Source: a virus (Duplodnaviria > Caudoviricetes). From it: 64,000 nt of DNA. The translations under genes and the position numbers were made by a program. Every line of letters starts with the position of its first letter. The first letter of the stretch is position 1. The notes under the pieces were generated by a model. It saw only the letters and a list, made by a program, of their open reading frames with translations, had not been told where the DNA came from and did not search any database. The stretch lies in the IMG/VR virus record IMGVR_UViG_3300027917_004314; one strand, 5' to 3'. Positions 48,785 through 58,285 of the stretch are shown piece after piece.

Positions 48785-48845
48785 GTTTCTCCGTTCTCTA
48801 AAAACGGAGTGGTGGAGGAGCGACGGGGAAACCTGTCGCCCCCTT

Positions 48846-48949
48846 GGGCCAAAGATGCTGGTGCATCACGACCTCCGTAACGGGTCGTATGGAGTTCGAT
48901 TCTCTTTAGCCTTGGAGGTGTGCAGGTTCGATCCCTGCTTGGCCCACGG
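48846..48949 (+). ncRNA. tRNA-like RNA with two T-loop hairpins
   Basis: GGGCCAA/TTGGCCC; GGAG-TTCGATT-CTCT and GCAGG-TTCGATC-CCTGC. Confidence 0.6.
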
Positions 48950-49003
48950 CCCTCCCGTTAGCGACGGGGTCAGGGAATTACGAGCCGGTTAGCGACCGGC
49001 GCT

Positions 49004-49154
49004 GGTCGATTCTCGTGCTTCATGGTTTTTGGGACTTATTGTGTCCGCTGCAAGTTCTAGGCTATGACAGCAGGGAGAGCGCCTCTAGGATAGGCGGAGT
49101 TCTTGGCACTAGCCATGTGCAAACGGTGCGCAGGTTCAATTCCTGCATCGACCA
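49004..49154 (+). ncRNA. 151-nt structured RNA closed by a tRNA-like acceptor stem and T arm
   Basis: GGTCGAT/ATCGACC-A; GCAGG-TTCAATT-CCTGC; internal hairpins. Confidence 0.6.
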
Positions 49155-49258
49155 CTGAAGCTGGCAGGTAAGATGCTGAAGGTGTCCATAAGAAAGTACC
49201 AGCCTTTAGCAGGACGGAGTAGGACTTAAATCGGGCAGTTCCGCTGCCAGCTTCTTTT

Positions 49259-49608
49259 GGGCTCGACAAGGTTTCGACGTGGGTGATGGAGCATAGGGAT
49301 GCAAGCCGGGGATGGTTACAGCCTCGTTAAAAAGTGACCACACAATAACTTCCAACGAAGTTGAATTCAGAGCTGCTGCATAGCAGTTCCGTTCTACCAG
49401 CTCTCCCGTCTGTGACGGCTGGATAGAGCGACGACGGACAGGCTGGGCGCTAGCAATCTCGGCTAGCTAGCGCTAAGATTCAGTCGGGAAACGAAGTCAA
49501 GAAGCCTGCTGCTGGGCGTCTCGGTGGGTATACAAAACATCAGCTAAGCTTGTAGAATCTCGTGTGAAGCACTTGCGGACCCGGGTTCGATTCCCGGCGA
49601 GTCCACGA
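49259..49608 (+). ncRNA. ssrA: tmRNA, tag peptide (A)SNEVEFRAAA
   Basis: GGGCTCG/CGAGTCC with G3-U70; 5' GAC-AAGG-TTTCGAC; ATAACT resume context; tag ORF 49351-49383; T arm CCGGG-TTCGATT-CCCGG. Confidence 0.92.
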
Positions 49609-49729
49609 TGCGGTGTCGCTCTATGAGGGCACGCAGAAGTCCCACAGCCGTTTAGTCCGAGGTCTTCTATCCGTGACGGGATGGAAGTCGCTGTGGGCGT
49701 CAATTTTCGTACAACCAAAAGGAGGTCGC

Positions 49730-49933
49730 ATGGATACGAGGAAGCGTAGAAGACGCAACCAGCGTAGACGGGAGAGACGTCGTAAGCAGAGGGAGAGTCA
49801 GGGTCCGAAGAAGCTGACCAAGGGCCAGCGGAAGGCCCGCCTGCAGCAGTCGATGAAGCAGAGGCGCAAGTATCAGCGGCCAGACGGTGCTGACTACATC
49901 GTGTTGCTCGAAAGGCGGGCGTCGAAAGCGTAG
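49730..49933 (+). CDS. very Arg/Lys-rich small protein
   Basis: AAGGAGG RBS; RKRRRRNQRRRERRRKQR. Confidence 0.7.
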   Translation: MDTRKRRRRNQRRRERRRKQRESQGPKKLTKGQRKARLQQSMKQRRKYQRPDGADYIVLLERRASKA

Positions 49934-50027
49934 TAGCGCATGGCGGTAGGTCTACCACGGCAAGTGCGAGGCACTTTGCCCTGAGAAGTTCCAGCCCAAA
50001 TCCACCTTTGAATTTCCAGAGGAATAA

Positions 50028-50186
50028 ATGGACGCATACAGAGACTATTTGCGCCTGTTAAAACAATTACATAGACTAGATCGCAAAGGTAAGCTCGACT
50101 CTGACCAGGCAGAAGCTATTAGAGAAAAGATGGATGGCTTGTGGAGGGAGTTGAGCAACGAGGAGCGAAAGCGTGCTGGACGTTAG
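50028..50186 (+). CDS. hypothetical protein (52 aa)
   Basis: GAGGA RBS. Confidence 0.55.
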   Translation: MDAYRDYLRLLKQLHRLDRKGKLDSDQAEAIREKMDGLWRELSNEERKRAGR

Positions 50187-50203
50187 TCGGCGAAGCTTTC
50201 TGA

Positions 50204-50245
50204 GGGCGATTAGCTCAGTTGGAAGGGCGATTAGCTCAGTTGGAA
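50204..50245 (+). repeat. exact 21-nt tandem duplication of the tRNA-Val 5' end
   Basis: GGGCGATTAGCTCAGTTGGAA twice. Confidence 0.9.
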
Positions 50246-50300
50246 GAGCAATTGGTTTACACCCAATAGGTCGTAGGTTCGAGCCCTGCATCGCCTACCG
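50225..50300 (+). tRNA. tRNA-Val (TAC)
   Basis: GGGCGAT/ATCGCCT; loop TT-TAC-AC. Confidence 0.88.
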
Positions 50301-50321
50301 ACTCTAGCCAGGAGGATGAAA

Positions 50322-50489
50322 ATGAGTCGCATTGTGGCATTGATGAAGATGGCCATGTTCGCCATGAGGCAGATTCCTCGCCAGCTTCCTGAGCCTCGCG
50401 TAATTTCTCGCGAGGTTGTTGCGCAGGACAGCGATGGTCTGCGGCGCGTCGAGTTCAAGGAGACGAGGGTCTTGACCCTTTATTTCTAG
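50322..50489 (+). CDS. hypothetical protein (55 aa)
   Basis: GGAGG RBS. Confidence 0.5.
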   Translation: MSRIVALMKMAMFAMRQIPRQLPEPRVISREVVAQDSDGLRRVEFKETRVLTLYF

Positions 50490-50628
50490 GCTTGCGTCGT
50501 ACCCTAGCCGGCAGGTTGGGGAAAGCGTCTGGGCTTTGGTTTGGACATTTTCCCCAATCTGCAAGCATAATGCTCTCTGGCCCCCCTGGGTAACAGTGCC
50601 CAGGGGGGCAGTAACAGTGGAGGCTTTT

Positions 50629-50874
50629 ATGCTAATGAGAACTTTAAACAACGGCAATTCTGAGTGGCTGCCAGAGAAGGCATGTCGCATGGCTTATTGG
50701 AATCCTACGGCGGGGACCTTAATCCTTTCTGGTCCTGGTCCAGACAGCGGAGGCGAGGTCGTATCAAGATGCTACAAAGCGCCGGCTGACTGGGAAGGTC
50801 GCCCTCATAAGGTTGTCCGCGCATGGATGACCTATGGTCATTTGCCGCTTCGTCCTTGGCGTAGAGCGATATAG
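50629..50874 (+). CDS. hypothetical protein
   Basis: GGAGG RBS just after an 11-bp GC hairpin (50580-50609). Confidence 0.6.
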   Translation: MLMRTLNNGNSEWLPEKACRMAYWNPTAGTLILSGPGPDSGGEVVSRCYKAPADWEGRPHKVVRAWMTYGHLPLRPWRRAI

Positions 50875-50883
50875 GAGACAGTC

Positions 50884-51243
50884 ATGGTTCCTAAGAAAGG
50901 AGATATAGTTAGATTTAGTCCGGAATTCATCAAGTATTTGGAAGACCGTGGGGACTCTAGCTGGTTTGAGCGATGGTATACGGACCTAGAGATAGAGAGC
51001 TGTTGGCGCAGAACAAATGGCGACTATAGAGTGGCTTGGAAGAAGATAGCCGGCAAAGATAGCGACGATATTAACTATATAGGCCTTGATGAGAATGGGG
51101 TTGGTACACACTCTGGCGTTGTGATATTCGTCCCGGTCCATGCGTCGTCTTGCGCCACAGATCCTATCTGCACTGATTGCAACGTTCCAATGGAGTACGT
51201 GAACTTTGCTTACAAGTGCCCGCGATGTTGGAAGCGAGCTTAG
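50884..51243 (+). CDS. hypothetical protein with C-terminal zinc ribbon
   Basis: AGGAG RBS; CTDC...CPRC. Confidence 0.7.
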   Translation: MVPKKGDIVRFSPEFIKYLEDRGDSSWFERWYTDLEIESCWRRTNGDYRVAWKKIAGKDSDDINYIGLDENGVGTHSGVVIFVPVHASSCATDPICTDCNVPMEYVNFAYKCPRCWKRA

Positions 51244-51753
51244 GCTTCATAAGCTAGAGCGAACAGGAAAATTCTTAGAGTGCTGGTGCCTTTTTTCCGT
51301 TCTTTTGAACTAAAGACGGGTAAGCGCACATTCATCGTGCCGCCGAAGGAGAACGCGAAACAAGAACCTGGCACATACTGAGTTTCTTTTTTGCTTTAGC
51401 TTATGAGGCTTATATCTAGCGCGGTACAGTGCGGCTGAGGTCGCAGACATATGTCTATGCTCTGCCAGCCCTTTGGGCCATGAGAAGAGAGCTATACGGC
51501 TAGGATATAATAGCGGTTGAGGGTAAGTAAGTGTCCCCACAAAGAAGCGTCATTGGCTTTGTACCAGGCGTGAGAATGGTACGCACAACCGTGATGGGGT
51601 AGATCCGCTATATAAATAAACCCTACGAAGAGTTCAAGTGTTCATAGTTGCCCCAGATCAGAGTGGTGCGCCTCTTAAACCGGGTGCGGCAGTGAGCGAT
51701 GGCGGAAGACTCCATGCCGGATGATAGCCTAGACCGGCAATTTTTAGGAGAGT

Positions 51754-52275
51754 GTGATGGCTAAGAGACATTATTTTAGGATGTTGCGAACGGATACACA
51801 GATTGCTTCGATGTGGTCTTTATGTGGTATGGCTGCCGGTTATTCTGATGGAGCTAGTCACGTGGCCACAGATATAGAAAACACAGATTGTAAGACGTGT
51901 ATTCGTATTTATAATAAAGATAAACAAAGTACAGTTCATTATTTAGTTGGTAGATTAGGAGATCCTTCTCTATGTGGGCGTTGGGTAGGATCTGCGCTTC
52001 GAGAACTCGAACCTACTGGCAAAATAACGGAGTTGCCAGAACTGGTTACTTGTAAGACGTGTCTGAAGTATATGGGTGAGTCTACTTCAAACGATCTTCT
52101 ACATGTTATTGAATACTTTAAGAAGCAAAGCGACTCTTTCGATGTAGTACCTGTCGGTGGTGAAGTAGGAGCACTTAAAATAGTCACTGTTGAGGACAAT
52201 ATTGACAACCTTAGAGTGTTAGTAGATTTATTATTAGAGAGAGCACCTGGTTTCTTAAAGCCACCAAAGGAATGA
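51754..52275 (+). CDS. protein with two H..CG..CKTC zinc-binding modules
   Basis: SLCG...DCKTC and SLCG...VTCKTC; paralog of 60275. Confidence 0.72.
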   Translation: MMAKRHYFRMLRTDTQIASMWSLCGMAAGYSDGASHVATDIENTDCKTCIRIYNKDKQSTVHYLVGRLGDPSLCGRWVGSALRELEPTGKITELPELVTCKTCLKYMGESTSNDLLHVIEYFKKQSDSFDVVPVGGEVGALKIVTVEDNIDNLRVLVDLLLERAPGFLKPPKE

Positions 52276-52325
52276 GTGTTGATAGAATTTGGTCTGAAGG
52301 GGTTCGAATCCTCTATCACTCGCCA
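52274..52325 (+). ncRNA. minimal tRNA-like element lacking an anticodon arm
   Basis: GAGTGTT/ATCACTC-G-CCA; small D-like hairpin with TGG loop; AGGGG-TTCGAAT-CCTCT. Confidence 0.6.
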
Positions 52326-52344
52326 ACTTTAGAAGGAGTTTCGC

Positions 52345-52554
52345 ATGAAGTTCTTCGCCGTGCATTACTCTGCTGGTAATAGCATGGACGTTAGGATAAG
52401 TCTTCGACTTAACCTGCATACGTCTATTGCTTCTGACATCGGGATTCTCGTTGCCGGTCAAAACAGGTATCTGCTCTGTACGTGCAGCGACCGTGCGGCG
52501 AAGTCGCTGTTAGGTTTGTTGCAGCGGCATCCTCAGTTTCACATGGTTTCGTAG
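52345..52554 (+). CDS. hypothetical protein
   Basis: AAGGAG RBS. Confidence 0.6.
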   Translation: MKFFAVHYSAGNSMDVRISLRLNLHTSIASDIGILVAGQNRYLLCTCSDRAAKSLLGLLQRHPQFHMVS

Positions 52555-52570
52555 TAACGGAAAGAAGGCA

Positions 52571-52807
52571 ATGAATAGACTGTTTCGTAGAATCGATGAC
52601 TGGTGTCGAGGTGTAGCTGCTCACATCATTGTGGCCCCCATGAGATTGTTCGATAATGGAGAAGCGAACATTCCTACCGAGATAGCGTTCTTGTGGTTTC
52701 TCATGATCGTGTGTCTGCCGGTCACTGGCCCCATATCGCTGCCTTTTTGGGCAGTGGCATATGTGGCTAGCAAGGCTGCCGGGCCGGAAGAAGAGGATGT
52801 GGGATGA
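52571..52807 (+). CDS. hypothetical membrane protein
   Basis: Hydrophobic segment. Confidence 0.6.
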   Translation: MNRLFRRIDDWCRGVAAHIIVAPMRLFDNGEANIPTEIAFLWFLMIVCLPVTGPISLPFWAVAYVASKAAGPEEEDVG

Positions 52808-53019
52808 CTGTAGAGGGTTTGGTCGGTAGGTTAAAAACACAGAAAGTGTATGCGGGACAGGTGCAGAGCGGAGATATCCTGGTAGAAGGCACTCCAACAT
52901 TTATCCAGGCCGTGGCTTTCGTTGCGGATAGGGCGATCTTTGTTTTTGAGGATGGAAGCAGGAGAGTCTACTGGGACTACGAAATGGTCAGTATTGTCGA
53001 CCGTGGTTGTTTTAAGTAA
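52804..53019 (+). CDS. hypothetical protein
   Basis: ATGA overlap. Confidence 0.6.
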   Translation: MTVEGLVGRLKTQKVYAGQVQSGDILVEGTPTFIQAVAFVADRAIFVFEDGSRRVYWDYEMVSIVDRGCFK

Positions 53020-53237
53020 CGCGGCGTGGCAAGCGGCATGAGCACGGGCTGCCCACACGGGGTAGGCTACGGGGCCGGACTCCCACGCCGCCATATATAA
53101 GGAAACGCGGGGCGGCGGCTCGTTTATCAACAAAAAAACGTCGAGCTTGCAGCAATTTGGGCCGCCGCCCCGATTTTCCGGGTTTGCTGCCCGAAAAAAT
53201 TTTCTTACATAGCCGTTAAAACGGTCGAGGGAGTAAA

Positions 53238-53425
53238 GGCTAAGTCTTGCGTTATCTAGGCTGATGATACTTCTTCCCGGTTTGCCCCTATGAAGGGTAA
53301 GCATGGTTGCTGGGAAGTCTTAGGCCGTGGTAGCGAGGTAGAGCGGTACCGGAACTAGGCAACGGTTTGGGCGTGTTTCCGGGACATGCAGCGCCGCGTG
53401 GGTTCGATTCCTACCTTAGCCTCCA
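53238..53425 (+). ncRNA. 188-nt structured RNA closed by a tRNA-like acceptor stem, T arm and CCA
   Basis: GGCTAAG/CTTAGCC-T-CCA; GTGGG-TTCGATT-CCTAC. Confidence 0.62.
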
Positions 53426-53594
53426 AGTACGTCTAGCAGCCGGTAACGATGGGATGGTTGTCCGGTTATCGCCAAAGATCAACTCGTTACAATGGTCGGC
53501 TCGAGCCGCCGAGTTGTAGGACATCGACTGGGCAGATGGCTGCATAAATCTACCCCATGACGTTCAATTTTTCACTTTTAACCAAGGAGGAGAT

Positions 53595-54038
53595 ATGGTA
53601 ACGGCGTACTACGTCATCTGTGTGCTCGCGTCTGTGTTTGTATACACGGTTCTCGGGTTGGTCTTCTACTCGCAAATCGTGGGGTGGTGGTGGGAGTTCG
53701 AGACGGTCATATCTTCAGCCGGCGCGACCTTTCGGCTGAAAAATCCGGCAGCAGGAAGCTATTGTGCTGCTGCTGCCATCTTCTGGCCTTTATCGCTGGC
53801 GGCGGCAATCGTGTCGCTAGTCATGAAAATCGTGATTCACGGCATCATACGCATCGCCGACATGACGTTGGGGCGCTTCTGGCGATTGCTCAAACGCTTG
53901 TTTAGTTCCATTCTAGGGGCGTTAATTCTGCCGCAAAGAGCCGCCTTCCCTGACATAATGGGTACATCGTTGGAGCCACTTGAGCCGGCGACCTGCGACA
54001 TGTGTCGGGAAAAGTTATCCCAGGCCCCGTACCGCTAG
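53595..54038 (+). CDS. hypothetical membrane protein
   Basis: AAGGAGGAG RBS; 2-3 hydrophobic helices. Confidence 0.7.
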   Translation: MVTAYYVICVLASVFVYTVLGLVFYSQIVGWWWEFETVISSAGATFRLKNPAAGSYCAAAAIFWPLSLAAAIVSLVMKIVIHGIIRIADMTLGRFWRLLKRLFSSILGALILPQRAAFPDIMGTSLEPLEPATCDMCREKLSQAPYR

Positions 54039-54046
54039 GAGGTCAC

Positions 54047-54274
54047 ATGGCACAGCAACACAAGCCACTAGCAGCAGTGGTTGCGCTGCTCGATGATGGA
54101 GCGAAGGAAGATAGAATGATCGCCTACTTCCATCATCTCAACAAGACTCGCCGAACCGCCGAAGTAGTGCAGATATTTGAGGAGTTTTTCCAGGGCAGCG
54201 AGCATGTCCTAGAGAACAAGTTCCCGAGTCTGCACGAGCTTCTGCGGAAACATCGCGAGGCAACCCAGACTTAA
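54047..54274 (+). CDS. hypothetical protein
   Basis: AGGAGG RBS, ATG 54047. Confidence 0.65.
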   Translation: MAQQHKPLAAVVALLDDGAKEDRMIAYFHHLNKTRRTAEVVQIFEEFFQGSEHVLENKFPSLHELLRKHREATQT

Positions 54275-54275
54275 C

Positions 54276-54343
54276 GAAACCTATCTGCTGGCGGGGCAGG
54301 GGCTTTTAGCCTGATGGTGGTTCGAATTCACCAGGCTTTGCCA
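54276..54343 (+). ncRNA. anticodon-less tRNA-like element, family copy 3
   Basis: GAAACCT/AGGCTTT-G-CCA; CTGCT-GGCGG-GGCAG; GGGCT-TTT-AGCCT; GGTGG-TTCGAAT-TCACC. Confidence 0.75.
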
Positions 54344-54366
54344 GGAGAATAACCAAGGAGACTACT

Positions 54367-54789
54367 ATGGCTGTTGATAAAAGAAGGGTTGCAATGCCTG
54401 ACTGCTGGTCTCCGGTACGGAAGTTGGCCAGCGAGTTGGCAGATGGTTGCCAGCTTCAGAAGGGTGCCATTAGCTTGAAGCGAGATGGAGATTGCAAGTA
54501 TACGCTCGCTCTTCGTAGTGGGCAGAAGCCTTTCACTTGTCCAGTGAAAGCGGTCTTCATGTTCATCTACTACGCCGGTGGCCCCGAGTCTATCGAGGTT
54601 ATCGAGTACAAGGAACCGGAGCATAATTGGCGGGCTTATATCAACACTAGTGGGGCGTATGAAGGTGGAGATGATGTTGTCGTTTGCCCCCAGTGTTTGA
54701 AGGAGGACCCGTCATTGGAGGCTGATATCTATTGCTCTACCAGAGAGCCTTGTCTGAAGCATCAAGACCCGGCCAAGAACGGCCGGTAA
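54367..54789 (+). CDS. Cys-containing hypothetical protein
   Basis: AAGGAG RBS. Confidence 0.7.
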   Translation: MAVDKRRVAMPDCWSPVRKLASELADGCQLQKGAISLKRDGDCKYTLALRSGQKPFTCPVKAVFMFIYYAGGPESIEVIEYKEPEHNWRAYINTSGAYEGGDDVVVCPQCLKEDPSLEADIYCSTREPCLKHQDPAKNGR

Positions 54790-54950
54790 GATCTCATGCC
54801 GCATGGCAGCGTTAACGTTAGGTCTGGATGCGTTGTTGCCATGCGTGAAGTCGTATAGGTTTGATGAGGACCTTTGGCTTCGGCTACCTCCCTCGCCTAG
54901 CGTGCGGTCAGTTTGACGAGGCGGAATAATAATCCAGATCACACTGACGT

Positions 54951-55064
54951 ACTATCGTAGTTTAGCGGAAAAGCGACCAAGGCCTACCGCATAACTTCTT
55001 AGAGGTGCTTGCGGATTCATAGGTTGGGGTAGACGAGAAGTTCGACTCTTCTCCGATAGTGCCA
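54951..55064 (+). ncRNA. tRNA-like RNA with long extended anticodon arm
   Basis: ACTATCG/CGATAGT-G-CCA; GTTT-AGCGGAA-AAGC; GAGAAG-TTCGACT-CTTCTC. Confidence 0.7.
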
Positions 55065-55075
55065 AGGAGGTCAAA

Positions 55076-55435
55076 ATGGCAAAGTATCATTATTCCTCTT
55101 ATTGGGGAACATGGAGCCGTAGGCTCTCAAGTGACCACGAGAGCGGGCCATACGTGGAAGTAAACCTCACTCCAATCAAGGATGCGAACTATGCTTCTAG
55201 GTGGGACGATGAGGTAATACCAATCATCATTCGCACTCATTGCACGGCTTCAACGCCGAGAGACATCGATACCAACATCCTGCCGCTTGCAGTTGGTGAG
55301 GACATGGTAAAATTTCTTGGAGTTGAGCTGACCAAGAAGCTGTTGGATTACGACTTTCTCGCCGACATCGATCCTGAACTTCTCAGGACCAAGATGACGG
55401 GCGGAGGCGTGCCATTCCGCGACTTGGTGAAGTGA
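55076..55435 (+). CDS. hypothetical protein
   Basis: AGGAGG RBS. Confidence 0.7.
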   Translation: MAKYHYSSYWGTWSRRLSSDHESGPYVEVNLTPIKDANYASRWDDEVIPIIIRTHCTASTPRDIDTNILPLAVGEDMVKFLGVELTKKLLDYDFLADIDPELLRTKMTGGGVPFRDLVK

Positions 55436-55467
55436 AGTGCTACACGAGATAACCAAGGAGGCCAACA

Positions 55468-55908
55468 ATGCCTTTTAGAGTTGAGGCGAGAGAGAGATAC
55501 ATGAATGGTCGCCTCGTTGTCCAGATTTACGAGGACGACGATGGGCCGTTCTCCGGAATGCCGTATTGTACGCTGAGCACCAATGTACCTGGAGTGGAGC
55601 TGGAAGACGACGAGTTCGTACTGAACCATGACCTTAACGGTCCTTTGTTCGACGAACTCAGGACCGAGATCCTGGCGAAGTGGTGTGAGGACACCGGTAA
55701 GCGGTGTAGTTACGGGTTCGTTCGCGACCAGCCGATTTGGAGGGTCGCGTTAGACGATACTAAGGTATCAGCTGATAAACTCAAGGCAGTTCCTTTTCCT
55801 GAATGCGGCGGCAAATGTGCAGCCGTCGAATACCTCGGTGTGGGCGAGTGTGAGGCTGTTTGTCCACATAAGTTTGATGGCAATGGTGATCCTATAGCCG
55901 ATTTTTAA
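55468..55908 (+). CDS. hypothetical protein, N-terminal half DUF4313-like
   Basis: PYCTLSTNV..ELEDDEFV....TGKRCSYGF pattern; AAGGAGG RBS. Confidence 0.55.
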   Translation: MPFRVEARERYMNGRLVVQIYEDDDGPFSGMPYCTLSTNVPGVELEDDEFVLNHDLNGPLFDELRTEILAKWCEDTGKRCSYGFVRDQPIWRVALDDTKVSADKLKAVPFPECGGKCAAVEYLGVGECEAVCPHKFDGNGDPIADF

Positions 55909-56107
55909 AGATAGGTTTACGGTGACAATAGACAGGTAAAAGATCTCGATGGCAAGACTTGGGGCGTGTGCAACTTTATCACCTGCAAAGCTTGCGACGG
56001 CGATGATGTCTTGGACCGCTGGGTTCAGGCCAACGAGGAAGCCCACCAGAGATTTTGGTGGCTATTATGATCACGCTAAGGTGACGCAATGAGTAAAGGG
56101 ACTGAAG

Positions 56108-56227
56108 ATGAGAAAAATCGTTAAGCTTATTCGCAGGCTGTGGTTTTGTGATCCACCTCCCTTTGCTCGCTGCGAGATTTGTGGCGAGGACATTGAGGAG
56201 TGCAACACAAGAGATCATATGCGTTGA
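56108..56227 (+). CDS. small Cys-containing peptide (39 aa)
   Basis: CEIC motif; stops 1 nt before tRNA-like copy 4. Confidence 0.45.
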   Translation: MRKIVKLIRRLWFCDPPPFARCEICGEDIEECNTRDHMR

Positions 56228-56228
56228 T

Positions 56229-56297
56229 GGGACCTATCTGCTAGTGGAGCAGGAGTCTTTATGACTCGAGGCTGGTTCGAATCCAGTAGGTTTCACT
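56229..56297 (+). ncRNA. anticodon-less tRNA-like element, family copy 4
   Basis: GGGACCT/AGGTTTC; CTGCT-AGTGG-AGCAG; GAGTC-TTTAT-GACTC; GCTGG-TTCGAAT-CCAGT. Confidence 0.8.
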
Positions 56298-56313
56298 GAC
56301 TGAGGAGGATACA

Positions 56314-57084
56314 ATGGAGAAGACAGTGGACACTGCGTTCGTTTTCATTTGCTGCTTTGGCTTCAAATCTCACTACTGCCCATCGGATCTCGCTGATGGC
56401 TTGGTAGAGGACTTGGAGTCCAGGGAAGCTGACATCAGGTTCATCGAGAGCACGGACAAGGGCTACATCGACCTGCCCGGGATGTGCATGGCTGACAGGC
56501 CGATGGAGGAGGTGGTGCTTGGGGAGTTCAGACTTTCCATTCCGTCCCAGGACTTCGCATCCATGCTGAGTCGACTCAAGGCTGCTCCGCTAAGGAAATT
56601 TGCGGACGGCAGCGAGTACTTCAAACTTCACGGCTTCCATCAGTGCCTCGTGGTGAGCCCGGAGCAGCGCGATGAGCTTATCCGCATCATGGACGAGATG
56701 GTGGCCGACGCCGAGAAGCGAGCCGATGAGGCGGTTGTGGAGTTTGGCAAGCGCATGGAGAAAGTCGTCGAGAATCGTAATGTGTGCATCCTCGGCGACT
56801 CGGAAAGGAAGACGGTTGTACACCACGATGGCGGTGAGGAGTATCCCGAGGGAGTCACGATGGGGGATGGATCGGTCATGAAATATCGACCTCTCGCCAC
56901 CATCAAGTGCATGTACTGTGGTAGGCTTGCTACCATGGCGAAGTTTCAGGACGGCTCTGTCGGCGGCATCCATGAGACTCCAGAGTGCGCCGAGTTCGCG
57001 GCCATGGACGTGTTGGTCTTTTTCCGCGAGAATCGGAAGAAGATGGAACAAGAGGTTGACGAGGGTAAGTTCAAGCCCAATTAG
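56314..57084 (+). CDS. hypothetical protein
   Basis: GAGGAGG RBS; GC3-rich. Confidence 0.78.
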   Translation: MEKTVDTAFVFICCFGFKSHYCPSDLADGLVEDLESREADIRFIESTDKGYIDLPGMCMADRPMEEVVLGEFRLSIPSQDFASMLSRLKAAPLRKFADGSEYFKLHGFHQCLVVSPEQRDELIRIMDEMVADAEKRADEAVVEFGKRMEKVVENRNVCILGDSERKTVVHHDGGEEYPEGVTMGDGSVMKYRPLATIKCMYCGRLATMAKFQDGSVGGIHETPECAEFAAMDVLVFFRENRKKMEQEVDEGKFKPN

Positions 57085-57315
57085 GAGGCTACGTTGCGCA
57101 GTGGTAGGCACAAAAAGGTAATAGAGGCACAACCGTTTGGAGTCGGCAAATGGCTGTTATTCTTGGAATGCGGCCATGAGCTGATTCTCCCAAGGCGCAA
57201 AAGGAAGAGTGCGCCGAGGACGGCGGCATGCAAAGAGTGCCGCAGAAAGCCCTGAGTTGTTGAGTGCCGCTTGTACTTTAGCGAGTGCAAGCGATACTAA
57301 ACAAAGGAGGCAGAG

Positions 57316-57582
57316 ATGAAGGTAGCGTTTTGCGACAAGTGTAAGAAGCGGCTGCCAGGTGAGTTGTGGCATGGCCCACCGTGTCAGTGTCCTGGCAGCG
57401 AGAAGATCACCCAGATGTGGGAGAAAATCGGCGAAGCAACACTCGGAATTCCGGCCAGCGAGGACAACGATCTCACGCCTCTCCAGGGTTTAAGCGTGCT
57501 GGCGTACGTGGAGCGGAAGAGGAGAGACCCCGAGGAGTGGTGGAGGGAGCAGTACCTCATCGCCCAGATCAACAAGATGTGA
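57316..57582 (+). CDS. hypothetical zinc-finger protein
   Basis: AAGGAGG RBS; CDKC...CQC. Confidence 0.68.
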   Translation: MKVAFCDKCKKRLPGELWHGPPCQCPGSEKITQMWEKIGEATLGIPASEDNDLTPLQGLSVLAYVERKRRDPEEWWREQYLIAQINKM

Positions 57583-57589
57583 GGTCCAG

Positions 57590-58009
57590 ATGCGAAATAA
57601 AGACATTCGTGGTTCAGTTTGCTACGACTGGAGAGACCGGATCGAACTGGTGATCGACAACGCTGGGCGGTGGCATCTGTGTCGTATTGTCCATATGGAC
57701 CTCGTGCCAATCGAGGACGTAACGGACAAGCTAGACGAGCTAAACCAGGAGCGAGTCTCCGTTGCTTGGCAGTACGGCCAGATTGACAATCACATCAAAG
57801 CTATGAGGGCTCGCGAGAACTTCCTGGGGTGCCTGAGAGAGCTTGAGGCTGAAGCCTTCTGGCAGAAGGAGAGACGTAATTTCGGCAATGCTGCCGAGTA
57901 CCAGAGGCTGGTCAAGAAATACGAGTCCGTCGCGGACGCTGTATGGACACGAGAGTGGTATGAGGGCTTGGAGATCATGCAATCGGTACTGGCGCGACTA
58001 GAGCCGTAG
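57590..58009 (+). CDS. hypothetical protein
   Basis: GAGGT RBS. Confidence 0.68.
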   Translation: MRNKDIRGSVCYDWRDRIELVIDNAGRWHLCRIVHMDLVPIEDVTDKLDELNQERVSVAWQYGQIDNHIKAMRARENFLGCLRELEAEAFWQKERRNFGNAAEYQRLVKKYESVADAVWTREWYEGLEIMQSVLARLEP

Positions 58010-58019
58010 GAGGCGAAAG

Positions 58020-58274
58020 ATGAAGCTATATTACGTGAGGCACCAAGCAGAGTGTGTCAGATTTGATACGGTGTCAATCGACTCTGGAGTCGCAAAGCGT
58101 TCGTGGGCCATATGTGGTAGAGATGCTGCTGGCAATCCTTGTATCATTAAAGGAGAGGGTAGCATTGCCGGCATCGCGAGTTTTCGCGAGACGATGTCTG
58201 TACATGAGGTGCCACGCGAGCAGTACATCAGGGCGTTGGAGGCGGCGACCAGATTGGCTCCGCCCGCGAGCTAG
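58020..58274 (+). CDS. hypothetical protein
   Basis: AGGAGG RBS. Confidence 0.65.
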   Translation: MKLYYVRHQAECVRFDTVSIDSGVAKRSWAICGRDAAGNPCIIKGEGSIAGIASFRETMSVHEVPREQYIRALEAATRLAPPAS

Positions 58275-58285
58275 GAGACATAGAC

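Noticed and set aside
53261-53330. CTGATGA core suggesting a hammerhead ribozyme
   Set aside because: No correctly placed GAAA or cleavage triplet with stems I-III found
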